From Tubulanus polymorphus (Eukaryota > Animalia > Nemertea), in assembly GCF_964204645.1 (NCBI RefSeq), contig NC_134033.1, forward strand, positions 15,632,655 through 15,696,654: a stretch of 64,000 nucleotides of DNA, written 5' to 3'. Position numbers and translations under genes: made by a program. This document shows, in pieces, positions 26,318 to 38,271 of the stretch. Positions within the stretch are counted from its first letter, which is position 1. Every line of letters begins with the position of its first letter. The notes under the pieces are model-generated. The model worked only from the letters and a program-made list of their open reading frames with translations. It ran no database searches and was not told the DNA's origin.

Positions 26318-27546
26318 GCGAAATAAGGTAAGGCGAATTTAAGTCATAATGTTTCAGTATCATTTAGAGGTTGTAATTTTTTCTTATATTCGAGATATAA
26401 AATATAATATAATATATATATAATATTCGTATATTAAAAAATCTGATTTTTCGATGAATTTTGAGTGACGTTTTTAGAGACAAACGTCTAAATTTTAGTT
26501 TATTCTTTTCAGCTGATGACGTAACGAATTCGAAATGAAGTTCGATTGGTCGAGACTGATTCAACGATGAATAATAATCAATAAAACGTTTATATACTTG
26601 TAACACAAATCCCGTTGATTTTTTCAAATATATTTTCGTTGAGGCCGTGCGCTCCAGACGGGGACACAAGGAGCACGTGGTCCTGTTGCAATTTTCCCGC
26701 ACCCTATTGGAAATACCGGGGCAATATTTGCATGGGCACTATTTCCGGCCGCAACTGATATTAGCACAAGGTTTAGCTCATATTCTAATCCTGATATATG
26801 CACAGTCAATCCCCATACACCGCAAGTTCCCACCTAACGCCAGGTTTTCTCAATGATGTATATATGATGCAGTGGTAGACTGGTTACCGGTCTCTATCTT
26901 CAATAAGAACATTGAATGGGACAGGCAACCAGTCTAATGCAGTGGTAGAAACCTGTTCCAACTCATTCAGTGCATCTTCACCCGTCAAGGGATTCGAACC
27001 CACTACGCTAAAGCTGTTCCCCGAACCCCTTGACCTCACGAGTCGTTGGAGTCGTTACTAGCCGACCAGAATCCGGTCGTACCAATCACAGCGCTTGTAA
27101 CAAACTGTCAGTAGACTTCTGTTGGTTTTCCCGTTAAATTGACCAATCAGCAAACGTTTTACCGAACAAGGAAGTATTTCGCAAATCGATATATGACGCA
27201 GCAGCGCCAGTAATGAAATCACGCTTCGTGAGGCCAGGGGGCTGGTGGAAGCGAGTTCGGGAGTGATACCGGACCCCTGGCAAGCGAGGATGCATTCAGT
27301 AGAAATTGGCGCCAGCATCAACGGGCTTGAAGTTTAACCATAACAAGATAAGAAGGAAATGTGAAATGCGCTGTAGCCATATGATAGACCACAAATATCT
27401 TGAGGTACATTTTTCCACATAGTGGACACCGCTGCGTAAGAGACACGCCTCGGTAAGCGTCGTTTCGGTGCCAGTTTTGGAGGTAGCGCGTTGTTCCCCG
27501 CAATGTTTCTCTAAAATGGAATAAACGCTTCAACACTTAGTATACA

Positions 27547-27722
27547 CAGTCAGCCCCTGATAATACCGCCCACATCGGTGCAGAACGATTTTGGCGGTAT
27601 AGAGAGTGCGGCTGTATATCGGGTGTGTTTAACTATGTATTTGTATAGAGATGTACATTGAGAAAACCTGGCAGTAGGCGAGGTGGCGGTAAATGGGAGG
27701 GTGGTATATCGGGGGTTGACTG
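27547..27722. mobile_element. Tc1/mariner-like MITE
   Basis: CAGTCAGCCCCTGATAATACCGCC ... GGTGGTATATCGGGGGTTGACTG imperfect TIRs. Confidence 0.7.
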
Positions 27723-28372
27723 CGTATTTTAATGGAATTTATTACCTATCTCTTACAATGATAAAAGGCAGAATTAGTAAACATATTTTGAGAGGTAAAA
27801 CGCACGGCAGATTCCCGGCACGAAACCCTGCTACACTATAGACCCGGTTTTGCCGCAACAAAACTTGCGGCAATCAGTTTTGCTCATTGTGTAATCACTG
27901 AGGCGAATTTCATGGATATTACGTTGTGTGTTTTGTAGAAAAAACTAGAAAAACCTTTCTCCATAATATAATACAGTTTTCCTTTGTTTGTCTTCGACTA
28001 TTGGACCCGATTCCATGATCTCTGGATTCTAACGGTCCCTGCCAATCCCATTCTTATTCTATTCACATGCCATGTTGTGTTTTTTTTACTATATCTATTA
28101 TGAAAATGCAAAAAATAGAATACAAAATATAGAATACAAATACAAATATATCTCTTGATCCCTTTCAAAAAGGCACATATAGACTCGATGTCCTTTTGAT
28201 AATCTGTAACATTTTCTTACATTTTACAGCTAATCAAGTGAAATAGAATGGAATAGGGCACCGTATGCCTAAGCGATTTTCATTTTTGACCAAAGAGGAG
28301 TGGGTTCGAATCCTCGGAATCCACCGCCTGTATCCGTATTCAGTTCATCTTGACGGCAATTCATCATGAACC

Positions 28373-29425
28373 TCATTTATAACGAGCTTTACTCAAAATA
28401 TCAATAGATGACTTTCTGAATTTTTCGTTTGTCGCACAATATATAACAAAATTCACCGATGAATCAATAATAGAAAATGCCAATGTAATTTTTCTAAAAT
28501 AAATCCCGATACTTCCTACACCGAACCATCTTCGTTGGCGATCTATAACACCAAGACCTTCGCAAATAATAAACACTAAAACTACCGATAAAACCATCCT
28601 TAAAACCCTCCTTTCTCTTCTAGACGATTCATCGGTTACACCGAGCTTTGAACGCCGAGTGACCCACCGGTAAAATGTCGCCAAGATAAGAAATGAATTC
28701 GTCAAAACCAATAAACAAAGCGGGAACGTGACAGTGAGGTAAAAGAAAAAGAGCTGCTCAGAAACTCGGTAAATCAAGAACGAAATGATGACACGATGCT
28801 GGGTCCGTCCACGCCGTATAGTGATATACGGCCAATAATCTGGGCAGTTCCGAAATGCAAGATGTCTTCTGGGTAAAAATTGACCTATATGACCACAAAG
28901 CCCCACCAATGAAATGAACACTATAGCGCCCTTCGAGATCGACTTTCTGGGAATTCTACGAGATTTGATCGGGAACAATACGACGATTAACCGCTCTATA
29001 CTGAGCAGTACAGTGCACCAGTTACGTGTCATCTGAAAAATATAGAAAAACGGCAAAGAAATTGAAATAAAAATCCACCCGAAATTCCATTCGTTTATGC
29101 GAAATAGAATATCACCCAAAACGGCGTAAATATACACAGTTCTCAGCGGATAGAGTACGAATGTAGCGATCATGAAGAGAAGATCGGTTAAAGCGAGAAT
29201 TTTGATGAGAAAATAAACATCAGATTTAAATCGTTTTAGAACTAACAGCGTGAATGCGTTGAACGTTACACCCAGTACAGACGCCGGTAGATAAAATCCC
29301 AAATACATCAAAACGGTGAATTTCAGAGCTAATTTAACCGGACGAGTTTGGACTCTTTGACACCAGCTCAGCTGCAACGCCGGACCACTCCCATTCGTTG
29401 ACAAACTCGACATATTATCAAACAT
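28373..29425 (-). CDS. Single-exon class A (rhodopsin-like) peptide-receptor-type GPCR, FMRFamide-receptor/Srw-like, 350 aa
   Basis: Seven hydrophobic segments; TM2 LALTDL, TM3 SIERL (DRY equivalent), TM7 SSVNFVIY (NPxxY equivalent); N-terminal NMS/NGS sequons. First ATG at 29425. Confidence 0.9.
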   Translation of the reverse strand: MFDNMSSLSTNGSGPALQLSWCQRVQTRPVKLALKFTVLMYLGFYLPASVLGVTFNAFTLLVLKRFKSDVYFLIKILALTDLLFMIATFVLYPLRTVYIYAVLGDILFRINEWNFGWIFISISLPFFYIFQMTRNWCTVLLSIERLIVVLFPIKSRRIPRKSISKGAIVFISLVGLCGHIGQFLPRRHLAFRNCPDYWPYITIRRGRTQHRVIISFLIYRVSEQLFFFYLTVTFPLCLLVLTNSFLILATFYRWVTRRSKLGVTDESSRRERRVLRMVLSVVLVFIICEGLGVIDRQRRWFGVGSIGIYFRKITLAFSIIDSSVNFVIYCATNEKFRKSSIDILSKARYK

Positions 29426-29901
29426 TTTCACTCGCTATGAGAAGTCATTAAATCATACTGTTCTGTTGTCTGAATCTTTTATCGAATTTGTTACAATCTT
29501 GTTTACATTAGAGGCTGACGCTATGCAATTGTCCCCTCTCTCGAAGTTTCGACGATCCAATTTATGACAAAACTATGTGCTTGCACATGTTACATTCCTC
29601 TTTACAATATGAATGCAGTTCATCTCATAAACTATTGTGAAACATTTATACGAAATGCGTTTTACATCCGCTGAAATCTGAAATTGAATCTAATTCGCAT
29701 GTTTCATTCAATATATATCTCTACCAAGCCTTCAACCTAAATTTCTTCTAGGGTTCGAACGACCAGCAGTGTCTTTCATTTGTTACCATAAACTTATTTG
29801 TTTTATCATATGCTTTTTAAGTTCTTGATTTTATGTAAATGTATTAAACCTTTGTACAGCGCATCGATTATTATTTTAGTTATGCGCTATGTAAGAAACA
29901 A

Positions 29902-29924
29902 ATTATTATTATTTTTATTATTAA

Positions 29925-29997
<73 letters not shown>
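29902..29997. repeat. (TTA)n microsatellite
   Basis: About 30 TTA units. Confidence 0.99.
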
Positions 29998-30416
29998 GTT
30001 AATGCAAAGCGCACAGACGGCGCCAACCAGTTTCGAATTTTGTCTCTTACAATACAGAAGATGACATATCCTTTAGTCTTTAGATATATTATTATATATA
30101 ATTATAATATTACATACCCTTTTCATGTAAAATCGTGATAAGGTTACTGATAAAAAAATTAGGCACCCGGGTTCGAACATGGGATTGCAGTGGTCAAAGC
30201 CGCATTAGCTATACTTGCACAGTCCTCTGAGTATGTAGGGCCATCGAGCTAATGGCGATCAATGACCTGCAAGGCGGGTTGTTGACAGTCCGAGGGGTCT
30301 CGTCTTGGGGTTCATCTAATTTATAGATGACTTATCAGACAAGAAGATTTTCTATTACTCTCTGTTCAAGAGAAAGAATCTAAAACATTTCGGATGTAAA
30401 TTACGCCCCCTATTGA

Positions 30417-33211
30417 TCAATCCCTTTTATAGAAGGTCCAAGTTGAATTAAATTCGATGTGGGCCTTCAGGTACTGGTAACCATAGAGGCGACACCGTCC
30501 CTCTCGGTCCGAGTAGTTAACTGCGTAGCACACCGGTAGGTAGCGCTGCATGCATGCCGAAATACACCGGATATTCGGTCTCAATTGCAGTTCAACATCC
30601 GGCGCGTCTGGGAGATAAGCGTTTTTCTGTTTTACTACTCTGTATTTACGATGACCTGAAAAAAAGAGAAAACAGTTTGAAGCAATACACTTTTCAGAAG
30701 GGGTCAGCATGGCAGGGGTTCCAGGGAACATGGCCCTGTGAGGCCCGTAGCGTTAGCGGATTCGTTGTGAATTTGGTCGGGGGCATTTATGTTCAATGAA
30801 AAAGTATAAAGCCCACCTCCGTACTGTAATATAGGCCTATATACATGTAGTTAAGTTCGCAATAGCCAGTTTACCTTTCAGCGTGGATATATCTACCGAC
30901 AGAACGGCTTCAATACCGAAACAGCGCCGGATCTTTGTGTAATAGTAATTGAATTCGTAAATTCCGTTAATCGTGATATTAGCATCGGGCAGAGGACCTA
31001 CTGATTTGATCGAGTAAGGACATGCGCTGTTTGTGGCTCCTTCGTTTTTCAAAAAATCGTTGCTACATTGCAGCGTTTTCGACGTTTTCGAAACCGAATC
31101 GCAATGAGTCCCGATCAAATCTCCGGTTTTTACCGATATCCGCTGATCGGACGGGATGTTGAAAGTAGTCTGTCCGGCCGGGCCGTTCGACAGTCGATTT
31201 TTACCGATTAGCTTGAAATAATGACCGCCCTGATAGCGCCACACAGCGGCGAAAGTTTGAGGTGTCGTGTGGACGCTCTCCTCATCAGGACGGTTGAATT
31301 TCCAAGCGACGATTGTCCCGTCGCACGTGATCGGGTTTTCAAATTGTACAACGGTCGTGCACTGGTAACCACGATCCAGAACAGTCATCCCATCGTGGTT
31401 TCTCACTGTCAATGTGCAAAATTGTTCAGCATCACCTGAAAAAAACAATAGGCCTACAAAGTATGAAAGATCAAATTTTTATTGTGGTCTCAGCCTGTTG
31501 CCAGTAACTTATATTCGCGATTTCTTCACGCCGAAGCCTTCAGCTTAGCCCACATCTGACTGCGAGCCTTAGGAAAACGAATGGAAAACCCCCAAACAGT
31601 AGCCCAATTGAATTCCGGCTCCGGTTCATCACACTATACACTCGTTCCCAGATGATCCACAAAAATGACCTTGATCTTGCAATCTTGTCATCGTAAAGGA
31701 CACCCCGCGAAAATGTTGCAAAATGAGAGATTAGTCTCACAATGGAATTACATTCGATAACATTCCGTATATATTAAAGATATTAAAAATCAACGTTTCG
31801 CCTGTTTCGAACAGCGTCCGTCAGTCATCTCCATTACCCCTGGCGGAAGTGACGTCAACCCATTAAATCCCACCAATTATTCAAATTCTAACCCCCACTT
31901 CCGGTCGCCATCTTGAATGACGTCACTTCCGATCGCCATATTTGAGACGCCGCTTCCAGCCAGCGTCAAAATGACGCAATTGAGAGAAAGCCCAACGATA
32001 GAATTCTCTTCGATTTATTAAGAAAAGACACCGATTTGGCTGTTCATCTTATTGATCTTGCATCGATCTGTAATTGGCACATTAAAAATGTATAGTTTTT
32101 TGGACTTACTCTGGTATATCAAAAGTCACAGTTGGAAAAACATATGAAAACGAACGATTTTCGACGACTGTTAAAAGCTTCCACACATTTTTTTGCGCAT
32201 GGGTGTAATTCAAAACTGGATGTAAGTATTCAGGAGTTACCCTGAACGGGCGTATAGTTCGCCAGCAGTGAATTTCGGCATCGATTTTACGCGTAAAAGT
32301 ACTTGGCAGCCACTCCGACCCATTACGCAGGCAGAAACTCTACCTCCATTCTAGGTTTTTTTGGCTCCCACTTGAAGTCCGTCCCTACGTGATACAGATA
32401 CGCGGAAAACGGTGCAAAAATCATTGTATACATAATTATTTTCGATTTACAAAAACTCGTGTGATGAAATATTCAAGAGCCCGTTCTGTTGCTTCTTAAT
32501 TGGTTTAATTTATTTACGAAGCTACGAGTTTCGTACGGCGGTTTTGAACTGGAAACCGAGTCACTCTTGTTCATAAATCATTCCTATATATGAGAGTTTA
32601 TGCGGAAAAATTATACAACGGCCTTCGCATAAATTATAAATGACTTACACGGGAATTTTTTCAACGGTTTTCATCGAGTCCTCAATCGAATCGAGATCTT
32701 TTCGTAAATTATTGACGAAGCACTCTGAGGTGAAATTGGTACGAAATGCCACAAAGTTTCAAAGTTTATTTGCACCATATTTTACAAAGAAAATTGAGCA
32801 CAGATAATTCGGTCAATAGATATACATTAGAAGGTGGCCAAACGATGGCAAAAACCAGAAATAATTTCGCAGGAGTTTTTTGGAAGTACATTGACTTACA
32901 TAGATCTAATACAATTTAACTTTTAAGAAATACTCATGAATCGATACTGGAATCAGGGCCTATAGCTGTGAAACTGGATCCAGAACTGCAAAAGTGGACC
33001 CAGAATTGGGTTCTGATAAATTGAATTGGTGAATTGTATATCTAAAGGTAACAACGAGGGCCCTAATGATCTCTAGACGCAGGAAAAATCAACACAAACA
33101 AAAACGATACACCCGCTTATCCTTACCTTGTGGTCGAACAACTCTAATCAGCAAAATAATCCACACCAATAGATGGCGTTTCGGTGACCGACACAAAATG
33201 CTATAAAACAT
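30417..33211 (-). CDS. Secreted two-domain protein, copy A (signal peptide + beta-rich domain + PAN/apple-like domain), 294 aa
   Basis: Exons 33127..33211 (MFYSILCRSPKRHLLVWIILLIRVVRPQ), 30875..31435 and 30417..30655 (CISAC..CYAVNY..CRLY); 85+561+239 nt, all phase 1. Confidence 0.85.
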
Positions 33212-34216
33212 TGTTAAACACAGCTTTCTTCACACAGAACTTCAGTACAAAAATGTAGACCTTTTAAGCGTGAAATATCGTTGTTCAACAACTTTAAATT
33301 CATTTAAAATATCCGAACAGTAGCTCAGCCCACCGTTTTAATGAAATAATGCGCTTAATGAGCGACTACTTTTGTCTCTTAGGCTACTGAGTCCAGCGTT
33401 CGTTGATTGTTCATCAAACCGCGGACTACAAAACGAAGGGACGCGAATCGGACGCGGCGTGCGATCAGAGGATCCGCCTGTCGACGCGTATTGGCTACGC
33501 TCAGATCGGAGACCCGAGTGTTGCAGATTTTAGCCAAATAGGTAGTCGACGCGCCACATTTGAAAATGTGCACAGACGTCACGCATAATAAATCAACGGA
33601 AAAAACACTTTACCTAATTTTATCATGTATATTTCTACGTAATTCTATCAAATAAAGTAATTTTTCTTCAGAGTTTTCCAAATTAAGCACATATCTTCGA
33701 AACACGCCGACCACTCAGCATCTGCTATGAATTTCGCAAACAGATATTCGCTCTCGAGTTTGGACGACTTTTTGAATGATCGTTTGATTTGGTAGACCAA
33801 TCCTACGACAGTAGTTGAGCCGTATGCAATAAAGCACGAAATGAGATTATATAACGTTATGACATCGTTTTAAATTCCATGATCAAAAACTGTCGTCCAT
33901 TTTTATCGGCATCGCTTCGTATCGTAATGAGAAAATGAGGCCCCATTAAATTGTTGGCAATTGATTCGGAATCGAATAAATAGAACCGGATGTCACTGAG
34001 CAGTCATTGAATCTAAACGATGCTATTTCGCTGCCGTTTCGTCGATTACAGAACGTTCAGCGACAGGTTCATCAGGTACATTTTTTTATTGCCAATAGGA
34101 TCCCTTAAAGCGTCTGATGTTACCTCAGAGTTCGGTATTCTAGGATCGTAGAGCGTCGTGGGGCGATGTGTGTGTACTATCACTAATGAAATGATAAGCG
34201 CTCTGATCAGCCTTCT

Positions 34217-34281
34217 ATCTACTGGTTTCCTGGAGTATATCTAGGCTCTGTATCGATAATCATCGGTCTATTGGTATTATA
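34217..34281 (+). pseudogene. Relic of SLC22 last exon
   Basis: ATCTACTGGTTTCCTGGAGTATATCTAGGCTCTGTATCGATAATCATCGGTCTATTGGTATTATA encodes IYWFPGVYLGSVSIIIGLLVL and matches 43144..43208. Confidence 0.9.
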
Positions 34282-34324
34282 TTATATAAATATTACATAT
34301 TATGTAAACAACACCCCCTACCGA

Positions 34325-36840
34325 TCAATCCCTTTTATAGAAGGTCCAAGTTGAATTAAATTCGATGTTTTTCGCCGAGTACTGGTAACCATAGAGACGA
34401 CACCGTCCCTCTCGGTCCGAGTAGTTAGCTGCGTAACACACCGGTAGGTGGCGCTCCATACATGCTGATATACATCGGATATCCGGTCTCAATTGCAGTT
34501 CAACGAACGGCGCGTCTGGTAGATAAGTGCTCTCCTGTTTCACTACGCTGTATTTACGATGACCTGAAAAAATAGAGAAAATGCAGTTTCATAAAGCGAT
34601 ATATACATTTTTTTGAGGGGCGTGATAAGGGTCCGAAACATGGCCTTTTAAGGTTCGGGCCCGATGATTATTAATACAGTTCGACAGGGGAGTATCCAGG
34701 AGTAGACTTTGACCGAAGCACAAAGCAGCATAGGGCATACAGTTGAAACCGGCGAACAAAGTATCCACAGTCAAAACAAGGTCTGGATAATCTAGAAATT
34801 CTTGAGCGCGATTATATACAAATTCTAGGCACTTAAGCGACATTGAAGAGGATTTATGCAGCTCAAAAGTTTAATGCGAAATTGCCCAGAAAGGTATTTC
34901 GAAAAGGGCAGGAGAGAATTGCGACGAGATCACGTGCTTCTTGTGCTTTCCTCTGGTCTGACTTTTCAGCTGGAAACCAGCTCACTGAAATAGTGCGAAG
35001 CCCATCATAAAACTATGTTATCCGCAGTAAGAGTTTACCTTTCAGCGTGGGAATATCTACCGACAGAACGGCTTCAATACCGAAACAGCGCTGGATCCTT
35101 GTGTAATAGTAATTCAATTTGTAAATTCCGTTAATCGTGATATTAGCATCGATCAGAGGATCGACTGATTTGATCGAGTAAGGACATGCGCTGTTTGTGA
35201 TACCTCCGTTTTTCAAAAAATTGTCGCTACATTGCAGCGTTTTCGACGTTTTCGAAACCGAATCGCAATGAGTCCCGATTAAATCTCCTGATTTTACCGG
35301 TATCTGCTGCTCGACCGGGATGTTGAAAGTTGTCTGTCCGGCCGAGCCGTTTGACAGACGATTTTTACCGATCAATTTGAAATCATTAGCGCCCTGATAG
35401 CGCCACACAGCGGCAAAAGTTTGAGGTGTCGTGTGGACGCTCTCCTCATCAATACGGTTGAATTTCCAAGCGACGATTGTCCCGTCACACGTGATCGGAT
35501 TTTCAAATTGTACAACGGTCGTGCACTGGTAACCACGATCCAGAACAGTCATCCCATCGTGGTTTCTCACTGTCAATGTGCAAAATTGTTCAGCATCACC
35601 TGAAAAAAAAATAACATAAAGTTGAAAGATCGTGGACCTGCGTACCTCTCGTAGCCAGTAATTTCCATTCGAGATTTTTTCATGTCAAGAGACCCTAAGT
35701 CTAACGAGGGTTCTAAGCCTAGGAAAACTGATTGAGAAAACTGATTGCCCCAAAACAGTAGCCATTTTGAAATCCCTGTCGGATCTTGCAGTTCATGGCA
35801 GGACAGACTCGATCCCAGATGATTTCGTAGACGCCCAATATAATGGTGGTAAATTAGTCTCACAATCGCATTTCATTCGATAGAATTCTGTAGATATTAA
35901 AAAGAAACCACAACGTTTCGACTGTTGACGTCAAACAGCGTTCGTCTCCAGTGCCCCTGGCGGAAGTGATGTCAACACGTTATATATATCCCACCAATGA
36001 TTTAAGATTTAGCCGTCACTATATGCCTATTAAAGGAAACTCGATGTAACCGTTCAAGCCACTTCCGGTCACCATTTTTGATGACGGCATTGATGACGTG
36101 ACTTCCAGTCATCATCTTGGGTGACGTTATTTCCGGTGACGCCACTTCCTGTTACTCGCTCACTCACTCAAACCCTCCAGGAATGGGATACCCTAACTAC
36201 TCCTAATAGTTATATTCAGTAATTATACACACATCGGAATATTTCGATTCTGTTGGGAAAAACATCAAATCCCATCTTCAGAAAAAATTTGGTGTCAATC
36301 TGATATAGTAATCCCACACTACATATAAAAAGAGCCCGTAATTATAGATATCCCCATAATTCTTAAGGGAGGTCGGATTTCTCTTTAAAATGGCAAAATC
36401 CACACCAGATTTTTCCACATATTGTCGACAATGAAAATAAAATAACTGCTTAAAATCCCAGGCTAGATATTGATGAACGAAGTTTGGAGTAGACTTTGAA
36501 TCCATGATCAAGTGAAAAAAGTATTTTCCATAATCGCAAAAGGATTCTTAATATGAAAATTTAACTGAAAACTGTAACCGGATCCAAAACTGCAGAAGTG
36601 GACCGATAACTGTGGAACTGGGTCCAGTGTGGAACTGGGTTCTGAAGAGTTGAATGGGTGAATTGTATATCTAAAGGTAAAAACGAAGCCTCTAATGATC
36701 TCAAGACGCGGGTAAAATCAACATTAACAAAAACGATACACCCGCTTATCCTTACCTTGAGGCCTAGCAACTCTTATCAGTAAAATAATCCACACCAATA
36801 GATGGCGTTTCGGTAACCGACGCAAAATGCTATAAAACAT
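34325..36840 (-). CDS. Secreted two-domain protein, copy B, 294 aa
   Basis: Exons 36756..36840, 35039..35599 and 34325..34563; exon sizes identical to copy A. Confidence 0.85.
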
Positions 36841-37319
36841 TGTTAAACACAGTTTTCACTCTGGTTAAATCGTAGCGAATGTCAGTACATGAACGTGGAC
36901 GCTCAATAATGCTCCTAACAACTTCATTCATTAAAAATTTCCTAACAATAACAGCCTGTCGCCTTATACAATATGCGCTTAACGCCAATAAGTGAGCTTT
37001 TGTCTGTGCGGCTTCTGAGTCCATAGCGTTCGTCGATTATTCATCAAACTGCCGCCCATCTCTATCGGTATCGTTTCGTGTCATAATGAGATCATTAATT
37101 GGAATCGGAAGCCACTGAGAAATCATTGAAATTCGTCACTTACTGAACGTTAAGACGAAGGTTCATCGGGTGCGTTTTTGTACTGCCGCTCTGAAGTTAC
37201 CGCAGAGTTCGGTATCCTAGGATCGTAGAGCATCGTGGCATTGTCCTGACTGAAAGAGTCGCCTCTTACCCTCTAGGAGAAAACGTTTCATACCCATTCA
37301 TTCAGATTCATACCCATAA

Positions 37320-37978
37320 AGGGGACACCATCCAGACAGGAGGAGGATGGGTAGGAGACACTGTCCAGATTTAGGAAAGTGGTGCTTTGCGCATTAAGAG
37401 ACACCATCCAGTGTGGTAGAGTGGTCTCCTTCCCATTAGGAGAAACCGTCCAGACTGGAAGGGTGATCTCCTTCCCATTAGGAGACACCATCCAGACTGG
37501 GAGAGTGGTCTTCTACCCATTAGGAGACACCGTCCAGACTTGGAAAGTGGTCTCCTTCCCATTAGGAGATACCGTCCAGACTGGGAGAGTGACCTCCGAC
37601 CGATTAATGGGCACCGGCCAGACTGGGAGAGTGACCTCCGACCGATTAATGGGCACCGGCCAGTCTGGGAGAGTGATCTCCGACTCATTAGGAGACACCG
37701 TCCAGACCGGGAGATTGATCTCCGACTCATTAGGAGACACCGTCCAGACTGGGAGAGTGATCTCCGACTCATTAGGAGACACAGTCCAGAATGGGAGAGT
37801 GATCTCCGACCGATTAATGGGCACCGGCCAGACTGGGAGAGTGACCTCCGACCGATTAATGGGCACCGGCCAGACTGGGAGAGTGATCTTCGACCCATTA
37901 GGAGACACCGTCCAGACTGGGAGAGTGATCTCCGACTCATTATGAGATACCGTCCAGACTGGGAGATTGGTCTCCTAC
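37320..37978. repeat. 42-bp minisatellite, about 15 copies, two unit variants
   Basis: GGAGACACCGTCCAGACTGGGAGAGTGATCTCCGACTCATTA and the variant ATGGGCACCGGCCAGACTGGGAGAGTGACCTCCGACCGATTA. Confidence 0.96.
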
Positions 37979-38271
37979 ACATTCCAAAAATGTGACAAAA
38001 TAATCATTCACTTTTGAGTCCCTCCAGAGGTGTTGCAAGGTTTTAGAGTTTTGATGTGAACAAATATTCAAATGTAAAATGTATTATACAAAGCGAGTAT
38101 TGATTGATGTGCGTTTTAGGCTAATTACATATGAATATGTATATATGAATTAAAACGAATCTGTCTGTCAGGGTTAATTTTCACCCCATTAAACAATAAA
38201 CATTTCATACATGTACACATCAGGCGCGTGATCGTATTAGAGACGACACCTTTAGAATTCATCATTGAACA

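Noticed and set aside
32241-32352. Possible extra exon in copy A intron 1
   Set aside because: No pyrimidine tract at the acceptor, a stop codon in the required phase, and absent from copies B and C.
37371-37995. Several long overlapping ORFs / CRISPR-like periodicity
   Set aside because: 42-bp head-to-tail repeat with no unique spacers and no cas genes, in a eukaryotic locus.
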